DNA of 64,000 bases. It comes from an uncultured delta proteobacterium. Its GTDB lineage: Bacteria; Myxococcota; Myxococcia; Myxococcales; Anaeromyxobacteraceae. The translations under genes and the position numbers were made by a program. Location: positions 256,001 to 320,000 of the forward strand of contig CAVYBH010000008.1 in NCBI GenBank assembly GCA_963766715.1, in the 5' to 3' direction. Below the pieces are notes generated by a model that saw only the letters and a program-made list of their open reading frames with translations, was not told the origin of the DNA and did no database searches. This document shows, in pieces, positions 34,110-44,260 of the stretch; positions within the stretch are counted from its first letter, which is position 1; each line of letters starts with the position of its first letter.

Positions 34110-37100
34110 TCAGTCGTCCTCGTCCTCGTCGGGCTCCGGCATGGGGCGGTCGCCGGCGTACCGCCGGAGGTCGAGGGTGTGCGGGTACTCGGGGTGCGGC
34201 GTCGTGGCCCGGGGGCGCGTGGGCCAGGGAAGCGGTCCCTCGGCGGTGAAGCGGGCGGCCCGGCGCGCGGCCGCCTCGAAGCGGGTGAGCGGGGCGGCCT
34301 CGTAGCCGCGCCCCTCCGGGTGCCACACGTGGTAGGCGCAGGCGCCCACCGACCGGCCGGCCCAGCGGTCGTACAGGTCGAAGCGGAGCGGGTGGTGGAT
34401 GCCCAGGTGAGGCTGCAGGGAGGACGGCGGCGCCCAGGCCCGGAAGCGGACGCCGCCCACGTGCTCGCCGGCGGTGCCGGTCGAGCGGAGCGGCACGGAC
34501 AGCCCGTTCACGAGCACGTCCCAGCGCTCGGTCTCGAGCCCCTCGGCGCGGACCTCGACCCGCTCGAGCGAGCTGTCGACGAAGCGGGAGGTGCCCCCGG
34601 CGCCCGGCTCCTCGCCCAGCACCGGCCAGGGCTCGAGCGCGTTTCGCACCTCGACCGAGACCCCGCCGGACTGCAGCCGCCCCACCACCGGGCAGCGGAA
34701 CTCGACGAAGGGGCGGTAGGCCTCGCTCGGGAGCCCGACCCCGCGCGACTCGAGGAACGCGAGCACGTCCTCCATGTCCCGCCACAGCCAGAAGGGAAGG
34801 AGGAACCGGTCGTGCAGCTCGGTGCCCCAGCGCACCAGGCCGTGCAGGTACGGCTCCTTCGCGAAGGCGGCCACGAGCGCCCGGGCCAGGATGGCCTGGG
34901 CCGCCGCCATGCGCGGGTGCGGCGGCATCTCGAAGGCGCGCAGCTCGACCAGCCCCTGGCGCCCGTGCGGGCTCCGCCAGTCGAAGAGCTTGTCGATGGA
35001 GATCTCGGCGCGGTGGCCGTTGCCGGTCACGTCGACGAGCAGGTTCCGCAGCAGCCAGTCGCCCTGCCAGGGCGGCGCCGGCTCGGTGCGATCGGCGAGC
35101 CGCCCGAGCGCGATCTCCAGCTCGTAGAGGGCGTCGTGCCGGGCCTCGTCGACCCGGGGGGCCTGCGAGGTCGGGCCCACGAAGAGCCCGGTGAAGAGGT
35201 AGGAGAGCGACGGGTGGTGCTGGACGAAGGTGACCAGGCTCGCGAGCAGGTCCGGGCGGACGACGAAGGGGCTCTGGAGCGGCCTCGGTCCACCCAGGGT
35301 GATGTGGTTGCCGCCGCCCAATCCCTCCTGCCGCCCGTCGAGCATGTACTTCTCGGCGTGCAGGCCGACGTGGAGCGCGGCGTCGAAGACCTGCTCGATC
35401 TGCTCGGCGCAGGCCCGCCCGCCGCTGGTCGGCTGGACGTTCACCTCGAGGACGCCCGGGTCGGGCGTCACCGAGAAGCGGATCACCTCGGGGCTCCAGG
35501 GCGGGCGGGTAGCCCTCCAGCCGGACCTCGAGGCCGGTCTCCCGCGCGGCGGCGTCGACCGCGCGGACCAGCTCGACGAAGTCGGGCGCCGCCGGCAGCG
35601 GCGGCAGGAACACGAACAGGTCGCCCCCGCGGGGCTCCACGCAGAGCGCCGTGCGGACCGCCGGCAGGTCGACGGGCGCCTTGCGGACCTCGGCCGCGCG
35701 CTGGGCGCCGGCCGCGTCGCGCCGGGCCCGCTCCTCGCGGCGGTGGGCCTCGACGAGCTCCTCGGTCCGCGGATCGATGACGTACGGCGGCTCGCCCTGG
35801 GCGGGCGGGGGCAGCGGCCCGCCCAGCGACTTGAGCGGCAGCCGCAGGCCGGCGGGCGCGTCGCCCGGGATGAGGAAGAGGGCCTCCCGCCGGAACTTCC
35901 AGGGCGCGGTCCTCCAGGCGCCGTCGACCCGCGCCAGCGGGAGCGCGAAGGCCACCGGCGAGGCCAGCCCGCGGTCGAGGACCCGGGCCAGGCGGCGGCG
36001 CTCCTCGCCGTCGGCGAGGTTCGCCTCCAGCGGATTCACTCCCGGGGGAAGATCGGCCTCGTCCCGGACGAAGTGCCACGGGTCCTCGAGGGCCGGCATG
36101 GGCCCGGCCTCCGGGAGTCCCAGCCGCGCGGCGATGGCGCGGGCCAGCAGCTCGGCCGCGGCCAGGCTGGACTCGCGCCGCGGCCCCCCGCCCGACCAGA
36201 GACGCGTCCCGTCCCGGAGCCCGACCACGTCGAGCGCCCAGCGCGGCAGGCTCTCGCCGGGGTACCACTTCCCCTCGCGCCGGAGGATCGCCCCGCCCGG
36301 CGCCAGCCGGTCCCGCAGCTCGCCCGCCAGCGCGACGCCCTGCTCCCACTTGGTGGGGCCCACGGCCTCGGAGCGCCACTCGGGCGCCTCGGGGTAGAGG
36401 CGCGAGTTGAAGGTGGGCTCGCCGCCCACGGTGAGCTGCAGCCCCTCGCCGGAGAGGGCCTCGTCGGCCCGGTCGGAGCCCTCGAGCAGGGCCTGCCAGG
36501 TCTCCTCGGAGTACGGGGTGGTCGGGCGGGACTCGTGCCCCAGCCTCCCCACCCGCATGTCGAACCCGAACGACTCGGCGCCGACGTCGGAGGTGCCGGT
36601 GATGGGAGCGGCGAGCGCCGGGCGGGCCACGCAGGCCAGCGGGATGTGCCCCTCGCCGCAGAGCAGCCCGCTCGTCGCGTCGAGGCCGATCCAGCCGGCG
36701 CCGGGGAGGAAGACCTCGGCCCAGGCGTGGAGGTCGACCACGTCGCGCCCCACGCCGCGGGGCTCGTTCGGGATCATCCCCTCGTCGGTGAGCTGGATCA
36801 GGTAGCCGGAGACGAACCGCGCGGCGAGGCCGCGGGATCGGAGCGCGGCCACGAGCAGCATGGCCGAGTCGCGGCAGCTGCCTCGCCCGTTCTGGAGGGT
36901 CTCCTCCGGCGTCCAGATGCCCGCCTCCTCGCGGATGACGTAGCGGGTGCACGCGCTGACGAGCCGGTTCAGCTCCACGATCAGGTCGACGGTCTTCCCG
37001 GAGGCCGGGAGGGTCTCGAGGAACGCCTCGAGGAGCGGACCGCCGCCGAGCGACGGATCGCCGAGCTGGAGGTACGGCTCGAGCTCGGGGCGCAGCTCGT

Positions 37101-37419
37101 CCGGGTAGGCGAACGGCGTCTTCTGGCACCGGTCGTCGATGAAGAAGTCGAAGGGGTTCACCGGCCGGATGTCGATGGCCATCTCGACCCGCACGGCCAG
37201 CTCGGGCAGGAGCGAGCCCTTCGGGAAGGTGACGTGGGCGACGTGGTTGCCCGACGGGTCCTGCTGCCAGCGGAGCTGGGCCGGCTCGGAGACCCGGAGC
37301 GAGTAGGTCTCGATCCGGGCGCGGGCGTGGTTCGCCGGGCGCAGCCGGATCTGGTGCGGGCCCAGGGCGGCGAGCCGGGGGAATCGATAGACGGTGTCGT
37401 GCTGCAGGAGCAGGCGCAT
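34110..37419 (-). CDS. Transglutaminase-like + DUF2126 amidoligase fusion (frameshift near 35500)
   Basis: WQQDPSGN, GSCRDSA, DLHAWAEV, GLDATSG, GGEPTF, GKWYPGESLPRW, GGGNHITLGG, GLVELRAFEMPPH. Confidence 0.92.
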
Positions 37420-37438
37420 GCGGGGAATGTACGGCCAC

Positions 37439-37454
37439 TGCAAGACGCCTGCCT
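37439..37454 (-). promoter_or_regulatory. Putative sigma54 -24/-12 promoter
   Basis: Minus strand AGGCAGGCGTCTTGCA: GG-N10-GC with TTGCA, about 20 nt upstream of the operon start. Confidence 0.7.
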
Positions 37455-37502
37455 CCTTTGCGACGCCACATACCCAGATCGGCGCGAAGATCGCGCAACG
37501 CC

Positions 37503-37563
37503 TGCCGGGAGAGCGGGCAAACACCTGCCTGGATCCGAGGCAGTCGAGCCTCCGTCCGAGGCA
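37503..37563. promoter_or_regulatory. Three 17-bp palindromes, putative enhancer-binding-protein (NtrC-like) sites
   Basis: TGCCG-N7-GGGCA (37503), TGCCT-N7-AGGCA (37526), AGCCT-N7-AGGCA (37547). Confidence 0.65.
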
Positions 37564-37567
37564 GGCT

Positions 37568-38374
37568 TCAGGCGGCGGCGGGCGCGGCCCGGGGGACCCG
37601 GCGCGCCGCGGGGGCCCAGGCCTTCGGCTCGACCCGGTTCGTCGCCAGCCACCCCTCCCAGGCGATCTCGCCCGACGTGTGGGCGAACATGCGCGCCCGA
37701 CCGAGGAGCGTGGTGCTCCCCGCGTTCAGGATGCGCATTCCCGCTCCGTGCGGCAGGGCGACCTGGAACTCGGCGGGCACGTGCCGGTGGCCGTGGAGGA
37801 CGAGCCGGCAACGGCCGGCGATCCGGCCGAGCAGGTCCTGGCCCAGCGGGAGCTCGTCGGCGCACGGGAGCCCGATGAGCGTCGCCAGCTTCTCCGCCAG
37901 GTCCTCGACCGGGAGCGGCAGCACGTGGTGGTGGAGCATGACGAGCGGGATGGCGCCGGGCGGCGCGTCGTCGAGGGCCAGCTCGACGTCGGCCACGTCC
38001 TGCGGGGAGAGCTCGCCGTGGCCGTCGACGAGCGACCGGTTGTGCGGAGCGGTCGAGTCCACCCGCACGACGTGGAGCCCGGGAAGGGAATCCACCGCGA
38101 CGCGCCCGCCGCGCATGATCCCGCGAGCCGCGTCGTCGCCCATCCGATCGTGGTTTCCCGGGACGGCCAGCAGCCGCCCCTGCTCGAGGAGCGGCGCGAA
38201 GATCCGCTCGAAGCGTCGCAGCTCCGAGGCCTGGCCGCGGTGGGTGACGTCACCGGTGAGGAGGACGGCGTCCACCCGGGCCTCGACCAGCATGGCGACC
38301 AGCCGCCTGGCCGACGCGTCGACCGCGTCGTCGCTACCGATGTGGAGATCCGAGATGTGCACCAGGGTTCGCAT
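37568..38374 (-). CDS. Metallophosphoesterase (calcineurin-like), cytoplasmic
   Basis: HISDLH, TGDVT, PGNHD, LHHH, LHGHRH. Confidence 0.9.
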   Translation of the reverse strand: MRTLVHISDLHIGSDDAVDASARRLVAMLVEARVDAVLLTGDVTHRGQASELRRFERIFAPLLEQGRLLAVPGNHDRMGDDAARGIMRGGRVAVDSLPGLHVVRVDSTAPHNRSLVDGHGELSPQDVADVELALDDAPPGAIPLVMLHHHVLPLPVEDLAEKLATLIGLPCADELPLGQDLLGRIAGRCRLVLHGHRHVPAEFQVALPHGAGMRILNAGSTTLLGRARMFAHTSGEIAWEGWLATNRVEPKAWAPAARRVPRAAPAAA

Positions 38375-38702
38375 CCGGCGGCCACCTTTCGCCTTGGGTA
38401 GGCGAAATGTAGCGCGGGCGCGGTGGCGCCCCCGCGACGACCCCGCGACGAGTTCGGGGACCGATAGGCCGCGCCGGAGACGCCGGCGTCCGGACGCACC
38501 GGCACGGAAAGGTGCAGCAGCACGTGACCCGGATCGGTCCCGGACGCAGATCTCGCCCGGCCTGGAGCACGCCGACCCGGGCGAGCGCTTCCTCGAAGGT
38601 CTGGGCGGCCTCGACGGGAGTCCAGGCGCGGACGGCGCTCCGCGACGTACCTGCCTCGGTGCCGTACTCGACGTCGAAGATCCGTTCCCGCTTGCCGCGC
38701 AT
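38334..38702 (-). CDS. Small hypothetical protein (3' end uncertain)
   Basis: GGAGG RBS before ATG 38702 (MRGKRERIFDVEYGTEAG...); likely frameshifted downstream. Confidence 0.35.
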   Translation of the reverse strand: MRGKRERIFDVEYGTEAGTSRSAVRAWTPVEAAQTFEEALARVGVLQAGRDLRPGPIRVTCCCTFPCRCVRTPASPARPIGPRTRRGVVAGAPPRPRYISPTQGERWPPDANPGAHLGSPHR

Positions 38703-38796
38703 GCTCGCCTCCAGGCTCCCTGGGGACGATCTACGGCGCCCGCGGGCCGTCCCGCGCGGCCCATTGGGGGTCCCCCACGCGGTCAGCGTTCTAGAA

Positions 38797-39952
38797 TCAG
38801 GGTGCCGTCCGACCGCAAGCCGGGGCAACCCGCTCCAGCCGGGATCCCGGCAGGACCTTGAGTCGATTCCCTCGCCATTCCACGGTGTTCTCGAAGAAGG
38901 CCCGCAGGAACGCCAGCGTGAACAGCGCGTCCTTCAGGGGGGACAAAAGCAGGACACGTACGCCAAACCCGGAACCGCGCAAGGCCTGCGCGGAGGCCCC
39001 ATCGAGACAAGCCTTCGTTCCGATCGCCAGGGCCGCCATCGCGAGCGTCGCCGGGCATGGATCGAGGGCGACGGCCGCCGCGGCGAACGGGAGCGGATAG
39101 AGGAGGATCTGGCCTGCGTAGATCGCGGACCCGGCGATCTTGCGCTGCATGACGCACCAGCGACCGTAGCGGGCCAGGAAGTCCCGGCCCGTCCGGCGCC
39201 GGTTCACGTTCAGGACCGGGATCGATCCGATGGCGACGCGCTTGCCGAGCTTGCGCGACACGTTCACTCCGAGGACGTAGTCCTCGGCCAGCACGTCCTT
39301 CACCGACTCGAAGCCGCCCAGCGCTCTCCAGATCCCGCCGCCGGAAGGCCATCGACTTGCCGACCACCACGTCCCGGCCGGAAAGGCGCTTCGCGGCGAT
39401 GGTGGCGGGCCCCACGCTGGCGGCCGACTGCAGGTTGTCGAGCGCGGCTCCGAGCGACGCCTCGCCGGTCCCCGCCACCGGGTGGGTCACGAGTCCCACG
39501 CCGGGATCGGCGAGATGGGTGGCCACGTCGCGGAGGTAGCCAGCCGGGGCGCGCACGTTCGAATCGCTCACCAGCAGGACGTCGTGGCGGGCCGCCGCGG
39601 CCAGACCGATGAGCTGGTTCACCTTGGGGTTCATGCCCGGCTCTCCGCGCTGCAGCACCGCGCGGAAGCGACCCGGCCAGCGAGCGGCGGCCGCCTCGGC
39701 GACGCGCCAGGCCGGGTCCTCGCGATCGCGCGCGCCCAGGACCACCTCGAACCGGGGGTAATCGAGCGCGGCGAAGGATTCGAGGTTGCCCCACAGGTCG
39801 TCGTCGATCCCGCAGAGCGGCTTCAGCACCGAGACGGGCGGCAGCACGTCCGGCGACGTCCTGGGTGCGGCCAGGTGGCGACGGAGGGCGACGTGCTGGA
39901 CCCACGCGAGCACCACGCCCAGCCAGGCCAGCGCCACGAGCATCCAGCTCAT
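38797..39952 (-). CDS. Ceramide glucosyltransferase / HpnI-like GT21 glycosyltransferase (frameshift near 39325)
   Basis: PVSVLKPLCG, NPKVNQL, VSDSNV, LAEDY, RYGRW, VEWRG. Confidence 0.88.
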
Positions 39953-39968
39953 CGGTGCGTCCTCCGTG

Positions 39969-40235
39969 TCATGCGGGTACCTCTCGCCCGGGGCCGATTC
40001 CCTGGAGCACCCGGGCTCCGTCGGCGAGCGCCCGCTCGAACGCGGTCCGCGAGCGGACGGGCGTCCCGTTCGTGGCGTCATGGCGCGCCAGCTCCTCGAT
40101 GGTGCGCTCCACCGACAGCATGCGGCGGAGCCTCGAGGCGAGCCCGGCAGGCGCCGCGGGCAGGCTGCCGCTCCGGAAGTGGGACGCCTCGCCGTAGGCC
40201 ACGAGGTAGATCGCGTACAGGTCGTGAGTCGTCAT
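39969..40235 (-). CDS. Hypothetical protein (88 aa)
   Basis: GGAGG RBS, host-like codon usage, first gene upstream of the GT21 gene. Confidence 0.55.
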   Translation of the reverse strand: MTTHDLYAIYLVAYGEASHFRSGSLPAAPAGLASRLRRMLSVERTIEELARHDATNGTPVRSRTAFERALADGARVLQGIGPGREVPA

Positions 40236-40395
40236 CGTTCGTGCCTCCATCCAGGAGGCTCCCTCCACCCGTTCCCATCCGTCGCCCGCGGAGCCGTCTA
40301 CGGAGGGAAGACTGCGCGCCCTTCTTGGAGTTCACGCGGTCCGTCAGGTGACGACTTCGGACCCCGGAGCGCCCCCGGCGGGGCGTCCCCCCCGG

Positions 40396-40417
40396 ATCGT
40401 CACGATCCCGTCACCCG
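40396..40417 (+). promoter_or_regulatory. Pho-box-like tandem repeat upstream of ppk1
   Basis: atcGTCACgat-cccGTCACccg; GTCAC at 40399 and 40410 (11-bp period), same core as upstream of pstS and phoB. Confidence 0.6.
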
Positions 40418-40437
40418 GGGTGTGGTTCAGTGGCTTC

Positions 40438-42337
40438 GTGCGCATCAACCAGGAACTGTCGTGGCTGCACTTCAATCGCCGGGTGCTCGAGCAGACCCGG
40501 CGCGAGGACTTCCCCATCATGGAGCGGGTGCGGTTCCTCTCCATCTGGTCGTCCAACCTCGACGAGTTCTTCGCCGCCCGCATCTCCCGCCCCTTCCTCG
40601 AGCAGCGAGGCACGGCGGCCTACCTGGCGGCTGCTCCGGGAGGCCCGCAAGCAGGTCGAGGCCGCCGCCGAGACCTACCGCGGGCTGCTCGACTCGCTCG
40701 AGGAGCACGCCATCCGTGTGGTCCCGGTCTCCTCCCTGTCCCGCGAGGAGCTCGACTACTTCGGGGCCTTCCTGGCCGAGCAGGTGGCGCCGCGGACCGA
40801 CGTCCTCCGCGCCGACGCGGTCCGCGAGGTGCGCACCGAGGCGCTCTACTTCGCCACCGGCGTGGGCGTGCTCGAGCACCTGGTGCGGCTCCCGGCCAGC
40901 CTGCCCCGCCTCATCGAGATCCCGGGGCGCGAGGGCACCTTCGTCCGGCTGGGCGAGCTCCTGCGCGTCCGCAGCGACCTCTTCCTGGAGGGGCGCGATC
41001 TCGAGCTGCACGAGCTCCGGGTGATCCGGCTCGCCGCCATCGACCAGCTCGGGCTCGACTGGGAGGATCTCCCGGCGGCGCTCGAGACCCGGCTCGACGG
41101 GCGCCCCAGCCACCTCGAGGTGGAGAAGAACTTCCCTCCCCACTGGGCCGAGTCGATCCGCATCGCGCTGGGGCTGGAGGCGGAGGAGGTCTTCCGCGTC
41201 GACCCGCCCATCGACCTTCGGATGGTGGAGGCGCTCGTGGACCACGCCCCCGCCGCCCTCAAGTTCCAGCGGCTGCGGCCCTGGCTGGTGCCGGGCTTCG
41301 CCGCCGATCCCTTCGCGCGCGTCGCGCGGAAGGACGTGGTGCTCTACCACCCGTACCAGGGGTACGACGCGGTGGAGGATTTCGCCCGGGCGGCAGCCCG
41401 GGACCCCAAGGTCACGGCTCTCCGCGCCACGCTCTACCGGGTCGGCGACGACAACGTGCTCGCCGAGTCCCTCATCGAGGCCGCGCGCGCCGGGAAGGAC
41501 GTGGCGGTCCTGCTCGAGGCCCGGGCCCGCTTCGACGAGCTCCAGAACCTGGAATGGGGGCTGCGCTTCCAGAACTCGGGCGTGCGGGTGCTGCCGCTGC
41601 CCTCCCGCAAGGTGCACGCCAAGGCCATCTGGGTGAAGCGGGGCCCGCGCGAGTTCATCCACCTGGGCACCGGGAACTACAACACGCGCAACGCCCGGCT
41701 CTACACCGACTTCTCGCTCTTCACCGCCGACCGGACGCTGACACGGGACGTGAAGCGCTTCTTCGACGCGCTGGAGCGGGAGCAGATCCCGCGCATGACC
41801 GGCCTTCGCACCGGCGGTTCCATTCGCAAGCTGCTCGTCGAGCGCATCGACGCCGAGGCCCACGCCGGCGGGCACGTGATCCTCAAGTTCAACCACATCA
41901 CCGACGCGAAGGTGCTGGCCGCCCTCGCGGGCGCGGCCGCGGCGGGGGCTCGCGTGGACCTCATCGCCCGGACCACCCTCACCGAGGTGGCGCCCGGGGT
42001 CCACGCACGCAGCGTGGTGGGGCGCTTCCTCGAGCACGCCCGGGTGGCGGCGTTCCGCAACCGCGGCCGCTGGATCGTCCACGCCGGGAGCCTCGACGCC
42101 ATGCCGCGCAACTTCGACGGCCGCTACGAGCTCTTCTTCCCGGTCACCGACCCGGCCGCGCGCCGCATGGTGCTCTCCGAGCTCCGCAGCCAGCTCGCCG
42201 ACGACGTGAACGCCTTCGAGCTCCTCGAGGACGGGAACGAGGAGCCCCTGTGGGGAGGCAGCCACAGCTGCCAGGTCCCCGACGACCACCGGCGGCATCG
42301 CGCTGCGGGTCGTCATCCGCCCGCCGTCGAGAGCTGA
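40438..42337 (+). CDS. ppk1: Polyphosphate kinase 1 (frameshift near 40630; start uncertain between 40348 and 40438)
   Basis: NQELSWLHFNRRVL, SSNLDEFF, YHPY, TLYRVG, ARFDE, KVHAK, HLGTGNYN, GRFLEH. Confidence 0.93.
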
Positions 42338-42346
42338 CGGGGGCTG

Positions 42347-42784
42347 CTACTTCGCGCCCGCCGCCTGGGCCGCCCGTCTTCCGGCTCGAAAGACCTGGAG
42401 GCCGGAGAGCGCGAAGGGCAGGAACGCGGCGAGGAGCGCCATGCGCCAGTACCTGGCGAGGGAGCCCGCTCCCTCGCCCACCATCGCCCCCACGAGGAGG
42501 AGCAACGGCACCTGCACCAGCGCGGCCAACGCGTCCACCACGAAGAACTCGCGCACCGTCATGCCCGACGCCCCGCACGCGAGGTAGACCGGACCGCGGA
42601 TGAGCGGGACGAAGCGGGTCACCGCCACCACCACGCGCCCTCGACGTCGGACCGACTCGCGCGCCCTCCGCACCCCGTCCGAATCGATGAGGCGGCGCGC
42701 CGGATGGGAGGCAGGAGTCTTCGTGACTTCGTGATGCTCCCCCGAGGGGGCTCCACGCCATGGGCTCCTCCCGAGTTCGCCCAT
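42347..42784 (-). CDS. DedA-family fragment (C-terminal half only recognisable)
   Basis: VVAVTRFVPLIRGPVYLACGASGM..F..VDALAA; no clear N-terminal DedA helices. Confidence 0.55.
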   Translation of the reverse strand: MGELGRSPWRGAPSGEHHEVTKTPASHPARRLIDSDGVRRARESVRRRGRVVVAVTRFVPLIRGPVYLACGASGMTVREFFVVDALAALVQVPLLLLVGAMVGEGAGSLARYWRMALLAAFLPFALSGLQVFRAGRRAAQAAGAK

Positions 42785-43005
42785 TCGTCACGGAGTCACC
42801 CGCCACGCTGGCTTATCCCCTTGCCGGCGCTCGAGAACTCCCGGCGGGGAGGGGCGCGCCGCCCTCGCTTCGCCCTCCGGCGTCGCGGGGGCGACATTTT
42901 TTCCACCCAGGCGCTCCGGCGGCGGGGCGTCCGGCCCGCCCGGCCGCTCGTGCCCCGGTTGTTCGCCGAACAGTCACCGAACGAATCGCCGGGTGCATTA
43001 CATCT

Positions 43006-43090
43006 ACCGGTGCGCGGCGGCCCCACCCCGGTGTCCGCCCGCGACCGGCCCCTGCTTCGTCTCTCCCTAGGAGCGAGGTGGGGGCCTTTC
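43006..43090 (+). ncRNA. Candidate small RNA: two hairpins with C-rich loops ending in a short U-run
   Basis: Hairpins at 43007-43048 and 43047-43086 then TTTC; 11-bp direct repeat upstream at 42961-42982; both flanking genes are on the minus strand. Confidence 0.4.
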
Positions 43091-43112
43091 CGTACAGCCG
43101 GACGCGCCCTGC

Positions 43113-43589
43113 CTAGGCCGGCATGCCGCCGGTCCCCTCGGTGTCGCGGCGCGGCGGCTCGGGGCGCCGGACGAGCAGCACCGGACAGGGGGCCTCCCGG
43201 ACGACCGCCTCGGCGACGGATCCCAGGACGAGCCTGCGAAAGCCGGTCCTGCCGTGGGTCGACATCACGATGACGTCGGAGGCGTCGTCCCGGGCGAATC
43301 CGACGATGGCGGCGGCGGCGGGCGGCGAGAGCAGGACGGAGCTGATCGCGCTGCCCGCCAGACGCTCGGCCTCCGCGGTCCAGGCAGCGAGCTGGGCCGC
43401 GGCATCCTTCTCCGGCGCGAGGGGCGGCGGCGAGAAGGGACCCCCGGACCCTGGCCAGGCCGGCTCCGTCACGTGGAGCAGCGTCAGTCCGCCCCCTCCC
43501 TCCCGGACCAGCCGGGCGGCCAGCTCCAGCGCGACCCGCGACCCGTCGGAGAAATCGATCGGACAGCAGATGCGGCGGAATCCGGTCAT
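43113..43589 (-). CDS. Universal stress protein
   Basis: [37 protein letters not shown]. Confidence 0.95.
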   Translation of the reverse strand: MTGFRRICCPIDFSDGSRVALELAARLVREGGGGLTLLHVTEPAWPGSGGPFSPPPLAPEKDAAAQLAAWTAEAERLAGSAISSVLLSPPAAAAIVGFARDDASDVIVMSTHGRTGFRRLVLGSVAEAVVREAPCPVLLVRRPEPPRRDTEGTGGMPA

Positions 43590-43674
43590 GGCGCCCCCCG
43601 ATCACGTGTCGCGCCCCGTGATCGGCTCCATCCTACCGGGTCCCTGCCTCCCGGAGAACGCCCTTCCCGGACCG

Positions 43675-44232
43675 TCACTCCGAGGGAAGGTACCGCTCCC
43701 GGACCTCGAGGCCGCTCGCGAGATCCCGCCCGATCAGCTCCACCTGGGCGACCGGGGGAAGAGCCCGCCGGAGGCCTGGACGGCGACCAGGCGGAGCGTC
43801 GCTTCCCGTCCGGCGATGGTGGCCACGGCGAGCGGGCACCCGGCCTCGAGCGAGACCCGGATGGCCAGGTCGGGCTTGGCCCGGATGGCGATCAGGCGCT
43901 GGTCCGCCCTCGCCACCGAGGACCTCGACGCCGAAGGCCATGGCCGACTCGACGAGGTTGAGCTCCTCGCGTCGCCCGTCCTCCGCCAGCATGATCCACA
44001 TCGGGTGAACGGGGTCCCGGCCGTCGAGCACGCCGGGCGAGGCCAGCCTCGCCTCGTAGACCACGACGTTCGCGTTGGTGTTGCGGGTGACGCGGAAGAG
44101 TTCCAAAACGCAGGCCGGCGCCGGTTCGGCTCCCAGCCCCGCCATCATGAGCGCCGCCAGCCAGAGACCCACGCCAGGAAAGCTACGCCCCCGGGGTGAC
44201 GGCGAGGCGGCGCCGACGTGAATCGTCGGCAC
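43675..44232 (-). CDS. DUF4833-like exported protein (internal frameshifts)
   Basis: LFRVTRNTNANVVVY, PVHPMWI, REELNLVE..AFGV, VELIGRD. Confidence 0.7.
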   Translation of the reverse strand: MPTIHVGAASPSPRGRSFPGVGLWLAALMMAGLGAEPAPACVLELFRVTRNTNANVVVYEARLASPGVLDGRDPVHPMWIMLAEDGRREELNLVESAMAFGVEVLGGEGGPAPDRHPGQARPGHPGLARGRVPARRGHHRRTGSDAPPGRRPGLRRALPPVAQVELIGRDLASGLEVRERYLPSE

Positions 44233-44260
44233 CGCCCCGTTCTCCCGGCCCCCGCCGTTT

